DNA of 64,000 nucleotides from Candidatus Thorarchaeota archaeon (GTDB lineage: Archaea; Asgardarchaeota; Thorarchaeia; Thorarchaeales; Thorarchaeaceae), in contig CP070761.1 in assembly GCA_020348985.1 (NCBI GenBank), positions 1,764,591-1,828,590 on the forward strand. The letters are read 5' to 3'. Below the pieces are notes generated by a model. The model had not been told where the DNA came from. It saw only the letters and a list, made by a program, of their open reading frames with translations, and made no database searches. Positions 19,301 to 27,478 of this stretch are shown piece by piece (within the stretch, counting starts at the first letter, position 1; every line of letters begins with the position of its first letter). The position numbers were made by a program, and so were the translations under genes.

Positions 19301-19927
19301 CTAGCCCAGCTTCTTCAAGGTCCTATTCGCCTTCCTGGCAACTGATTTGATGTCACTATCAGCGTATGATTCGACAAAATCTCTTGCTTCTTCCACCAAT
19401 TCAGGATAATCTGCAAACGCCTCCATTGCTTCTACAATGAAGCCAACTCTGTTCCCGGGAAACCTGTTCGCGGAGGCAGTGAGCCTCTTAAATGCCGTTG
19501 GCGCAGTCTCCGGAAAGGCCTTTGAAATCTTGGTGAGTGCACGCACAGAATGCCCTTGAAGCACAATGCTCTTGTCGTCCAAGAAAAAAGAGATCTTGTC
19601 GACAAGTGATGGTATTGCCTTCTTCTTGTCAACCGGAGCAAGATTCCCAATGATACAGACGGCTTTCCATCGAAGCACTGGGGCCTTTGCATCAAGATTG
19701 GAAATGAACAATTCCAGATGTGGGTAGAGGATTTCAGGTGTGTCTTCTGATAGAAGAGATGCTAGCTCAGCGCAGCCACTTTGGACCTTTCGCTTTGATG
19801 AGTTGAGTCCCTCCACAATCGTTTCAAGGTATTCGGTTGGCTTCTTTGAAATGTAGAGATTATAGAGGTCCTTGGGCCTGGTCCCATCTTCCCACTTGCC
19901 ATCGAGTATCGATAGAATGTCCTTCAT
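19301..19927 (-). CDS. HEAT/ARM-repeat-like protein
   Basis: Repeated helical pairs (L...L..K...LRW.A...IGNLA). Confidence 0.65.
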   Translation of the reverse strand: MKDILSILDGKWEDGTRPKDLYNLYISKKPTEYLETIVEGLNSSKRKVQSGCAELASLLSEDTPEILYPHLELFISNLDAKAPVLRWKAVCIIGNLAPVDKKKAIPSLVDKISFFLDDKSIVLQGHSVRALTKISKAFPETAPTAFKRLTASANRFPGNRVGFIVEAMEAFADYPELVEEARDFVESYADSDIKSVARKANRTLKKLG

Positions 19928-20030
19928 GCTTTCATCCTACTGCTATCCGATAGACCTTGTTTCCTTCAGAAATCTTTATCACGATTTTGACCGCGGTCTG
20001 CTCTGCGGGTTTATGAGCTGTCCTACGGAA

Positions 20031-20139
20031 GCCCCAGTAGCTCAGACCGGTTAGATCGCCTCCTTGGTAAGGAGGAGGCCGCGGGACTCCACGGACTTCG
20101 GGCCGTGGAGCGCAAGTTCGAATCCCGCCTGGGGCTCCA
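20031..20139 (+). tRNA. tRNA-Thr(GGU) with T-arm intron at 53/54 (20086-20116, 31 nt)
   Basis: GCCCCAG/CTGGGGC-T-CCA; CCTCC-TT GGT AA-GGAGG; GCGGG^TTCGAAT-CCCGC after removing the hairpin intron CTCCACGG/CCGTGGAG. Confidence 0.88.
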
Positions 20140-20161
20140 CTTCTTCTGCTAAGTGTAACGC

Positions 20162-20473
20162 CTAATCTGTCATCTTTTCTATCTTGAAGATGACCGGCCT
20201 TAGTCCGTCACCACAGGGAGAGTATGTAACTCCAGGTTCGGGCCATTCGCAGTCTCCGCCACAGTAATATATCATCAGAATAGTATACAAGTCCTGCCAC
20301 GCCTGTCCGCAGAAATCATCTGGTGGAGTCAGGTGGTTGTCTACGATAAACTCCTGCCCCTCCTCGAAACGGCAAGGCGGTATTCTTTCCCCCGTGTGCC
20401 GTTTGACTTCTTGACCGAGAATGTCCTCCGGGCTGAACTTCTTGACTACTGTCAGCTTCAGGTTTGTCTTCAT
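20162..20473 (-). CDS. TIGR04076-family small Cys protein
   Basis: C..F.EGQEF...P..FC..AW..L....C.DG.RPVIFKIE. Confidence 0.8.
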   Translation of the reverse strand: MKTNLKLTVVKKFSPEDILGQEVKRHTGERIPPCRFEEGQEFIVDNHLTPPDDFCGQAWQDLYTILMIYYCGGDCEWPEPGVTYSPCGDGLRPVIFKIEKMTD

Positions 20474-20567
20474 CAGAGTGCTACCTCACTGCAGGGGAGG
20501 ACATCATCCTTGGAGTATTAGGATTTGCCTTCCAACGCAACAATTGGTTCAGGCAAAGCCGCCTGTT

Positions 20568-20945
20568 TCAAACACTCTGATCACTAACTGAATCTTTGCG
20601 GTCTTGAATTAGAGTGCGAGTGTCAATGCTTACCTCTCTTCTGAGTCTCTCGTTTTCCCTTATCCCTTGAAATGCGCTTACGACCAAGTATATCCCCACT
20701 AGTGAAAGACCGATGATGCCGAATACTAAGGCCACAATGAAGGACATCACAGAAGCTGGGTCATAATAGTTCGAAGTTGCAATCAGTATAGTCAGAAGTG
20801 ACATAGGTATGGTCAGTATGCCGATACCTGTCCGCAATTCGGCGAAGTGCGTTCGTTTCTCTGCTTCTAATGTTCTGATTATGGCTAATGTTGTCCGGAT
20901 GTCTCCCTCTTCAACTTCGCTTTCCCTTTGCTCTGAGTCTTCCAC
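20568..20945 (-). CDS. DUF202-like membrane protein
   Basis: A.KRT.FA.LRTGI followed by two TM helices. Confidence 0.65.
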   Translation of the reverse strand: MEDSEQRESEVEEGDIRTTLAIIRTLEAEKRTHFAELRTGIGILTIPMSLLTILIATSNYYDPASVMSFIVALVFGIIGLSLVGIYLVVSAFQGIRENERLRREVSIDTRTLIQDRKDSVSDQSV

Positions 20946-20950
20946 ATCAA

Positions 20951-21208
20951 TTACTCCTCTAACAGGTCATCATGCGCCAGGCGCTTCTGACGCCTTCTTC
21001 TCTGGGCAATGCGTCTTCTTGCCTCATCTGGGCCTACAAGTTCTGCGAGCCGCTCTAACAAACTCGGATCGTCCAGATTGTCAAGCCATTTCTCAATCAT
21101 CTTCTGATGAGCTGGAGAAAGATCCTTTGCAAGCTTCTTCTTTCGCTTCTTCTCATCCAACTCAAAATCATCAGGTCCTAGCAGACTCAAGCTAACCACT
21201 CCTCTCAC
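20951..21208 (-). CDS. Hypothetical charged protein
   Basis: ORF fills the gap and lies 5 bp from the next co-oriented gene. Confidence 0.5.
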   Translation of the reverse strand: MRGVVSLSLLGPDDFELDEKKRKKKLAKDLSPAHQKMIEKWLDNLDDPSLLERLAELVGPDEARRRIAQRRRRQKRLAHDDLLEE

Positions 21209-21321
21209 AATGAATATCTAGACAATCCGCTATATTACTTCGGAATTCACGGAACAAGGCAAGCTGTAAGGTCTACATCCGCTAGTCTTATATCGAAAAA
21301 CTAGGGGACTCGATGCAACAT

Positions 21322-21399
21322 GGGTCGGTGGTCTAGCTTGGCTATGATTCCTGGTTTGGGTCCAGGGGATCGTGAGTTCGAATCTCACCCGGCCCACCA
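21322..21399 (+). tRNA. tRNA-Pro(UGG), no intron
   Basis: GGGTCGG/CCGGCCC-A-CCA; CCTGG-TT TGG GT-CCAGG; GTGAG-TTCGAAT-CTCAC. Confidence 0.95.
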
Positions 21400-21461
21400 C
21401 TAGTTCTCACTTCGGCAATAGTCGTAATCCTTATCTCAAACAGAATTCGCCTTGTGGCGAC

Positions 21462-22181
21462 ATGTCTAACCCGTCATCAGTGCGAGAGAAGCTTGCACGG
21501 CGCATTGCTGGGGAGATTGCTCTCTCGGACCATCCTGGTCAAGCAATACGTAAATGGCGGGAGCGATTCAGACTCCCTCAGATTGAACTCGCAGATTACC
21601 TCGGGATTAGTCCAAGTGTGATAAGCGATTATGAGTCTGGACGACGGAAGTCCCCGGGAACATCTACGATCAAACGATTTGTAATGGCTTTGCTTGATTT
21701 GGACGAGCGCAGCGGAGGTCAGGTCATTGCAGCATTTGTACGCTTAATGGATGTCAGCCCAATAGACCTTAACATAGTTCTAGCTATTGATGACTTTGCG
21801 GCACCTTTGACAATCAATGACTTCTTCCGTAGGCTGAGGTGCACGACAAAGGCCGGGACAGAACTACTAGATAGAGAAATCTATGGATACTCGGTTGTTG
21901 ACTTGGAAAAATCCGTGAAGGAGCTAAGTAGCGAAGCATTCCTCAAGCTTTTCGGGGCTACCACAGAGCGGTGCCTAATCTTCACGAAGGTGAACACAGG
22001 CCGCGCACCAATGATTGCCATCAAGTCGCAGGAATTCAAACCATCGGCAATCATCCTGCATGGAATCAAGAAAGTTGACAAGTTGGCCTTGGAATTGGCC
22101 GACCAGATGAGAATACCTCTTGCAGTCACTGACATAAGATCAATCGAGGATTTAATCACAAGTCTGAGGAGTCTCGAATAG
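21462..22181 (+). CDS. Conserved archaeal HTH transcriptional regulator (COG1709-like)
   Basis: IAGEI.LS..PG..IRKWR, SVISDYESGRRKSPG, GRAPMIAIK; start moved to 21462 so it does not overlap tRNA-Pro. Confidence 0.88.
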   Translation: MSNPSSVREKLARRIAGEIALSDHPGQAIRKWRERFRLPQIELADYLGISPSVISDYESGRRKSPGTSTIKRFVMALLDLDERSGGQVIAAFVRLMDVSPIDLNIVLAIDDFAAPLTINDFFRRLRCTTKAGTELLDREIYGYSVVDLEKSVKELSSEAFLKLFGATTERCLIFTKVNTGRAPMIAIKSQEFKPSAIILHGIKKVDKLALELADQMRIPLAVTDIRSIEDLITSLRSLE

Positions 22182-22183
22182 GA

Positions 22184-23098
22184 TTAGCTGAAAATCAGGC
22201 TCAAGATTGCCATCCGGGTTACAACGCCATTGTACACCTGGTCGAAGTATCTGGCCTGAGGAGTGGCATCAACTTCTGCGTCGATCTCGTCAACGCGCGG
22301 AAGTGGATGCAGGATAATTGCATCGTTTCTCATCATTCCAACTTCGTGAAGAGTTATTCTGAACTCACCCTTGACTGCATCATACTCACGGATGTCGGGG
22401 AATCTTTCTTTCTGAATTCTAGTCATGTAGACTACATCAACGTCTCTTACTGCTTCTTCGATAGTATCTACTTCGACAACATCCAATCCTGACTTCTTCA
22501 TCTCATCAATTATAGCAGGTTTCATCCTTAATGCTTCGGGCGCTGCAAGTTTGATTTTCACATCATACTTGGAGAGTGCCATCCCAAGTGAATGTACAGT
22601 GCGCCCATACTTCAAGTCTCCACACAGAGAGATGGTCAGCCCATCTATTCTCCTCATCATCTTTCTAATTGAATACAGGTCAAGCAGAGCTTGAGTTGGA
22701 TGCTCTTCTGCGCCACTACCAGCGTTGATTACCGGAATCTTTGAGAACTCGGCAGCAACACGGGCAGAACCATCAAGAGGATGACGCATGACAATGACAT
22801 CTGCATAGCGCTCTACAGTTCGAATCGTGTCAGCCAGGGTCTCTCCTTTTCCTCCGGCGCTTGTCACACCGATGTCTGCAAAACCCAATACACTCCCCCC
22901 TAATCTGAGCATTGCACTCTCAAAGGATAGCCTCGTTCGGGTTGATGGCTCAAAGAAGAGTGTAGCCATGATCTTGCCGGAGAGTTCTTTACTCCTCTCA
23001 ACGGCAACAAGTTCCATTTTTGCAGATGTGTCAAGAATCACTTCGATGTCTTGACGACTCAAATCGTGAATGCTGATCAGATTTGGGAGTTCAAACAT
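22184..23098 (-). CDS. pyrB: Aspartate carbamoyltransferase catalytic subunit
   Basis: FFEPSTRTRLSF, HPTQALLD, GDLKYGRTVHSL, HPLPR; probable start 23098. Confidence 0.97.
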   Translation of the reverse strand: MFELPNLISIHDLSRQDIEVILDTSAKMELVAVERSKELSGKIMATLFFEPSTRTRLSFESAMLRLGGSVLGFADIGVTSAGGKGETLADTIRTVERYADVIVMRHPLDGSARVAAEFSKIPVINAGSGAEEHPTQALLDLYSIRKMMRRIDGLTISLCGDLKYGRTVHSLGMALSKYDVKIKLAAPEALRMKPAIIDEMKKSGLDVVEVDTIEEAVRDVDVVYMTRIQKERFPDIREYDAVKGEFRITLHEVGMMRNDAIILHPLPRVDEIDAEVDATPQARYFDQVYNGVVTRMAILSLIFS

Positions 23099-23179
23099 TT
23101 GATGCGACTCCTGCCTAACAAGACGCAGGGTGTCCACTTCTCTTTAGTCTTTCCCGAAATCAACGTAGACGCAAACCAA

Positions 23180-23662
23180 TTACAAGGAGTTGTTGGCGTT
23201 TCTCCCATACTTACGTGCTACTTCAACTGCCCTGAATACTATCCCAGCTAGTTCCAGAAGCTCCTCGGCAAGAGGGTCGTCATAATGCTCAGCGTAGATA
23301 ATCTCATCTATACCAGCGTTGATCATCATTTTTGCACAGATGCTACATGGCATGGTTGTCACATATGCTTTGGCGCCTTTCACTGAAACGCCATGAAATG
23401 CAGCCTGGATGATGGCATTCTGTTCTGCATGAAGCCCTCTACAAAGCTCATGCCGCTCTCCTGACTTAAGCCCCATCTCCTCTCGCATGCATCCTACTTC
23501 GTCACAATGAGGAAGTCCCTTTGGCGCTCCGTTGTATCCTGTGCTTAGAATCTGAGATTCTTTCACCAAGACTGCACCTACCTGATTCCTCAGGCAGGTT
23601 GAACGAGACGAAACCAAGTCTGCAATCTCGGCGAAATAGACATCCTTGCTCTTACGGACCAT
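23180..23662 (-). CDS. dCMP deaminase (ComEB family)
   Basis: RSTC, VGAV, GYNG.P, HAEQNA, PCSIC. Confidence 0.92.
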   Translation of the reverse strand: MVRKSKDVYFAEIADLVSSRSTCLRNQVGAVLVKESQILSTGYNGAPKGLPHCDEVGCMREEMGLKSGERHELCRGLHAEQNAIIQAAFHGVSVKGAKAYVTTMPCSICAKMMINAGIDEIIYAEHYDDPLAEELLELAGIVFRAVEVARKYGRNANNSL

Positions 23663-23819
23663 TTCTTCATTGCCACTCCGTCAACAGAAGACCAGGGCCA
23701 TTGCCTCTCTTAAGAAGTTGGCTTTTTGACGAAGGGAAAACAGATGACAAAGGTAAAAAGAAGAGCGTCAACTCTTGCGCCGACAACTTGAGAACTAGAC
23801 ATGCTTGGAGTGACCTAAA

Positions 23820-24188
23820 CTGAGGAAACGTGACGGAATCATCGTCTGGCCTGCATATCTTGACTCAACTCTAACTCGTGCTGAGGGACGAAGGATTCCC
23901 TCCAATTTGGCCGCCCCCGAAGTTACAGTGGAGATACTAAGAGAGGCAGCAGAATCGATTTCCTTCGAATACGAATTGGAGCCGGACAAGCTCTATCCAC
24001 GGAGCAAACGAGACCGGGCAGGCAAAGGATACTTGCTCGTATCCAATCCTCAGGGACACAAGAAACAGAGACTCCTGCTTATGTTAGCCAAAGGGGTTCG
24101 ACGGGCAGTCGCCAAGCGTGAGTCTGCGAAGCAGGCAGCAGCCAAGAAGAAGGAAACCAAGAAGGGGAAGAAGGGAAAGAGGCGATAG
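23820..24188 (+). CDS. srp19: Signal recognition particle protein SRP19 (apparent CTG start)
   Basis: RKRDGIIVWPAYLDS...EGRRIP...KLYPR; in-frame TGA at 23811 and SD-like GGAGTGA at 23807-23813. Confidence 0.9.
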   Translation: MRKRDGIIVWPAYLDSTLTRAEGRRIPSNLAAPEVTVEILREAAESISFEYELEPDKLYPRSKRDRAGKGYLLVSNPQGHKKQRLLLMLAKGVRRAVAKRESAKQAAAKKKETKKGKKGKRR

Positions 24189-24219
24189 TCCGCAGCCGCG
24201 GCTTTGGAGAGGAATCGCC

Positions 24220-24474
24220 ATGCGTCGACTCGGTAAGGTATTGCACATCTCAAAGCGCGGTGCTCTGATCCTTCGAACTGAGAAGACACCTCCAATGGGG
24301 AAGGAAGCCATCGTAGTGGACAAGAAGGTCCAAAAAATCGGATGGATACAAGACGTGTTTGGTCCAGTGAAGAATCCCTATGTCTCAGTCAAGCCATATG
24401 ACAAGATGGCCGCCGAGAAGTTGTTAGGTCAAATTCTCTATCTCTATCGGCGAAAAAGCACACCGAAGAGATAA
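24220..24474 (+). CDS. gar1: H/ACA RNP protein Gar1/Naf1
   Basis: LGKVLH, IG.I.DVFGPV.NPYVSVKP; start ATG 24220. Confidence 0.9.
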   Translation: MRRLGKVLHISKRGALILRTEKTPPMGKEAIVVDKKVQKIGWIQDVFGPVKNPYVSVKPYDKMAAEKLLGQILYLYRRKSTPKR

Positions 24475-24613
24475 TCTATTTGTCAAAAGAGCTATGCAAC
24501 AATGCACAGATGTGTACATTAAGCTTCAGAAATGAGAAGCACCTAGCAGCGAATTTATTTGGGTTGTTGCGAGATGTTTTCCGGTATCATGTGTCTAGTC
24601 CAGGGTCATCTCG

Positions 24614-24961
24614 ATGAACGAAATTGCGGATCAGATTATTCTCGCACTTCGAACGGTCGGAGTAGCTGGTCTTAGAATCGACGAACTGGCCACCAAACTA
24701 GAGATGAAATCCCAAAAGATAGCAACAACAATCACAAGATTGACCTCTGAGGGTTTGATAATGCAGAAACAAGAATCTGAAGGTGAAAGGTACGTCCTGA
24801 GTGGTAATCTTCCAGATGACCTAGACAATACTGGTGTTGGTGACTTGAACGGGTGTCCCTGTTTTCACTGCTTGAGAATTGGCAAATGCGGTGTGCGTCA
24901 ACCTGACTCCCCAGTCCGATGTAGGGAACTAGAAGAATGGATGTTAACTGACTCATCCTAG
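24614..24961 (+). CDS. tfeB: TFE-beta / RPC34-like factor (wHTH + Fe-S Cys motif)
   Basis: N-terminal wHTH and C-terminal PCFHC.....C......SPVRC..L.EW. Confidence 0.82.
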   Translation: MNEIADQIILALRTVGVAGLRIDELATKLEMKSQKIATTITRLTSEGLIMQKQESEGERYVLSGNLPDDLDNTGVGDLNGCPCFHCLRIGKCGVRQPDSPVRCRELEEWMLTDSS

Positions 24962-24976
24962 GCATCGCGTCTATTT

Positions 24977-25573
24977 CTAGCGGATTGGCCCAGAGGCCAA
25001 GAGATAGATCTCAGCGCTAGTCCTACGTGAAGCTTCGGGCTTCACAAGCCTAACAGAGTGAAATTGTCTCTTCACATTCGACAGAAACTCTTGGAATCCC
25101 TTTCCCTGAAAGACTTTGGTGAATACCTTGCCACTTGGTGTAAGGAGCTTCTGTGCAAGTTGAATCGTTGCTTCTACCAACGCGAGCTGTCTGACTGTGT
25201 CCAGTTCCCAGTTGCCACTTACTTTTGGGGAACAATCAGAAATGACAAGGTCGACTGAACCCTCAGTCTTCTTCTCTATCTCCATGACTGTCTCTGGATT
25301 AGTTATGTCTCCCTGAATGAAGCTGACATTCTTCATCGGCTTGATGGGGCTCAAATCAACTGCAACTACTCTCAAACCTGCATCAAGTTCGAGAAGCACC
25401 TGAGTCCAACTACCGGGAGCGCAGCAAAGATCTAGGACCTTGTTCACTCCTTTCAAGAGATGGTGCTTCGTTGCCACCTGTCTGAGCTTGTACGCACTTC
25501 TTGCTCTGTAGCCGTGTTTCTTTGCAGCTTGATAGTAGTGCTCTTTCGTGCGCGGTTTCTTCGGTCTTGGCAA
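24977..25573 (-). CDS. rlmE: 23S rRNA 2'-O-methyltransferase RlmE/FtsJ
   Basis: YRARSAYKL, DLCCAPGSW, SDCSP, KVF, SAEIY (K-D-K-E tetrad). Confidence 0.93.
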   Translation of the reverse strand: MPRPKKPRTKEHYYQAAKKHGYRARSAYKLRQVATKHHLLKGVNKVLDLCCAPGSWTQVLLELDAGLRVVAVDLSPIKPMKNVSFIQGDITNPETVMEIEKKTEGSVDLVISDCSPKVSGNWELDTVRQLALVEATIQLAQKLLTPSGKVFTKVFQGKGFQEFLSNVKRQFHSVRLVKPEASRRTSAEIYLLASGPIR

Positions 25574-25576
25574 GTT

Positions 25577-26785
25577 TCAGGCACGCTCCTGTGAATAATC
25601 CTTCAGTAGTTTGACTACTTCTGATTTCGGAGCATCAGTTCGAATCGCAGTGGATTTAAAGTGTGTTCGTGAAACACGGAATCCCAAATTGACCAGCATG
25701 AGTTTCAGTAGTTCTGTCTTGGGAGGAGGCACATTGTGCAAATCGCATAGAGCGTGGATGTCAGTATAGATGTAATCTGTCAGTGGCTCCTCTTCCACCA
25801 TCATGGCAAGAAGTCGTTCAACACTTGCATGAAACCAATCGAATTCCTTGATTGACTCTCCTGCGTGCTCAAGCATGGTTCTGTCATAAAGTGACCCAAT
25901 CCAGAGCGGACCCGCCGTCGTGATACTTCCCGAACAGCTCTCTGCTTGATGATTGAACCCCCCTGTGGAAGGGCCGTCTTGAAGACTGACTGTCTCAGTT
26001 GACATGCAGCTTGGACAGTAGTAAACGAATCCTATCTCCGATGCCTGCACGTTTGACTCTGTACGACTGGCCTTCACTCCTATCCAAGCCCGGATGAAGT
26101 GTTCAGAGCTAAGAACTGCCAATGGTCTAATTGATCTATCATTCAATCCGGCAACACGATATGCCAAACCTAGCAGAAGTCTTACCGCAATTTCGTGCGA
26201 GAAAGGACTTCGAAAAGAGTATCCGCCATATCGACGCATTGCCACATCGGGCCAGACTCCACATAGGGCAGGCATGTCCGTGGCAGTCAATGCCAGCAGT
26301 CCATTTCGGGGGTTTAACGACTGAATTGCAGCATTCAGAAAGGGCGCCGGCGACCCAAACGGGTCTACGTCGACGTAGTCAAACCTCTTTCCCCTTGACT
26401 CGGAGATGAGGAGCAGTTTCGCATCTCCTTTCTTTGCTTCACACCGATCCTGGAAACCTAACGTCTCAATGTTTTTCGCAGCCATCTCAACAGCAGTAGG
26501 GTTTGCATCAAACATCAAAGCTTGGAAATTTCCTGGAACTTCATTCAGATATCGTAGTGTTCGAACACCAGAACCTGCCAATGGCTCACAGAGAAGGTCT
26601 ATCTCATTGTCTCTAATGTATGTGTGAAGGAAGATTACGGAGAAATCACGATTAACTCTCATTCTTGGATTCATAAATACTGGAAGACTAGATGTTGGCT
26701 GTTGCTTATCCTCACTATAGTGGTCAACATCTGCACTTACGAAGGTAGTCTTGCCCTCCGTGTATTCTTTTGTGCGTATCATCAC
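25577..26785 (-). CDS. trm1: tRNA (guanine26-N2)-dimethyltransferase
   Basis: VF.NP.M..NRD, GSGVR.LRY, DVDPFGSP, TATD, GPLWIG, RTHF. Confidence 0.95.
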   Translation of the reverse strand: MMIRTKEYTEGKTTFVSADVDHYSEDKQQPTSSLPVFMNPRMRVNRDFSVIFLHTYIRDNEIDLLCEPLAGSGVRTLRYLNEVPGNFQALMFDANPTAVEMAAKNIETLGFQDRCEAKKGDAKLLLISESRGKRFDYVDVDPFGSPAPFLNAAIQSLNPRNGLLALTATDMPALCGVWPDVAMRRYGGYSFRSPFSHEIAVRLLLGLAYRVAGLNDRSIRPLAVLSSEHFIRAWIGVKASRTESNVQASEIGFVYYCPSCMSTETVSLQDGPSTGGFNHQAESCSGSITTAGPLWIGSLYDRTMLEHAGESIKEFDWFHASVERLLAMMVEEEPLTDYIYTDIHALCDLHNVPPPKTELLKLMLVNLGFRVSRTHFKSTAIRTDAPKSEVVKLLKDYSQERA

Positions 26786-26891
26786 CTAGCAATCAAAAGA
26801 ACCATGGCTTTGCTAATAAGAGTGCTTCAGTGTCCAACCCAGAACGTTTTAACAATGTCATGCTTGCGGTGTGAATAGGAGTTTTCTCAGC

Positions 26892-27380
26892 ATGACAACC
26901 AAAGTAAGAATCGAAACGAATCGTGGCACCATTGTGGCTGAACTCTGGCCTGACGACGCCATAAACACAGTGAAAAACTTCGTCACATTGACACAGAAAG
27001 GGTACTACGACGGTGTTACCTTCCACCGAGTAATCGACAATTTCGTCGTTCAAGGTGGAGACCCCACTGGTACCGGAAGTGGTGGCCCGGGATATGCCAT
27101 ACCATGTGAGACTCGTGGTCACAGGCAGAAGCATGATGATGGGATTCTCTCGATGGCTCACGCAGGAAGAGACACCGGTGGGAGTCAGTTCTTCATTTGT
27201 CTCAGTAGAGAATCCACAAAGCATCTCGATGGCAAGCACACAGTTTTCGGGAAGGTGACCGAAGGCCTGGATGTCGTTCATGAAATAAAACAAGGCGATC
27301 AGATGTTGAAGGCTGAGGTCTTAGAGATAGATTCTTCTGTCGAAGCTCATGAGCTGAAGACACTGAAGTCCTGGCGCTAA
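26892..27380 (+). CDS. Cyclophilin-type peptidyl-prolyl isomerase
   Basis: FHRVI..FVVQGGDP, SMAHAG.DTGGSQFFI, HLDGKHTVFG. Confidence 0.95.
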   Translation: MTTKVRIETNRGTIVAELWPDDAINTVKNFVTLTQKGYYDGVTFHRVIDNFVVQGGDPTGTGSGGPGYAIPCETRGHRQKHDDGILSMAHAGRDTGGSQFFICLSRESTKHLDGKHTVFGKVTEGLDVVHEIKQGDQMLKAEVLEIDSSVEAHELKTLKSWR

Positions 27381-27478
27381 GATTTCTTTCTTGATGTGTC
27401 CCGGTTTGGGTCACATCATCCTGCATCTTTTGCTATCCTACAGCAAAGCCTAAATATGTCGTACTTAACGATGTTAAA

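Noticed and set aside
20140-21321. A third cassette downstream of tRNA-Thr
   Set aside because: Small accessory-looking genes are present, but no convincing repeat of the tRNA-Thr 3' end was found, only a 7-bp ccgcctg match.
21372-21461. ORF-track N-terminal extension of the HTH regulator
   Set aside because: It overlaps tRNA-Pro, and the conserved sequence starts at ATG 21462.
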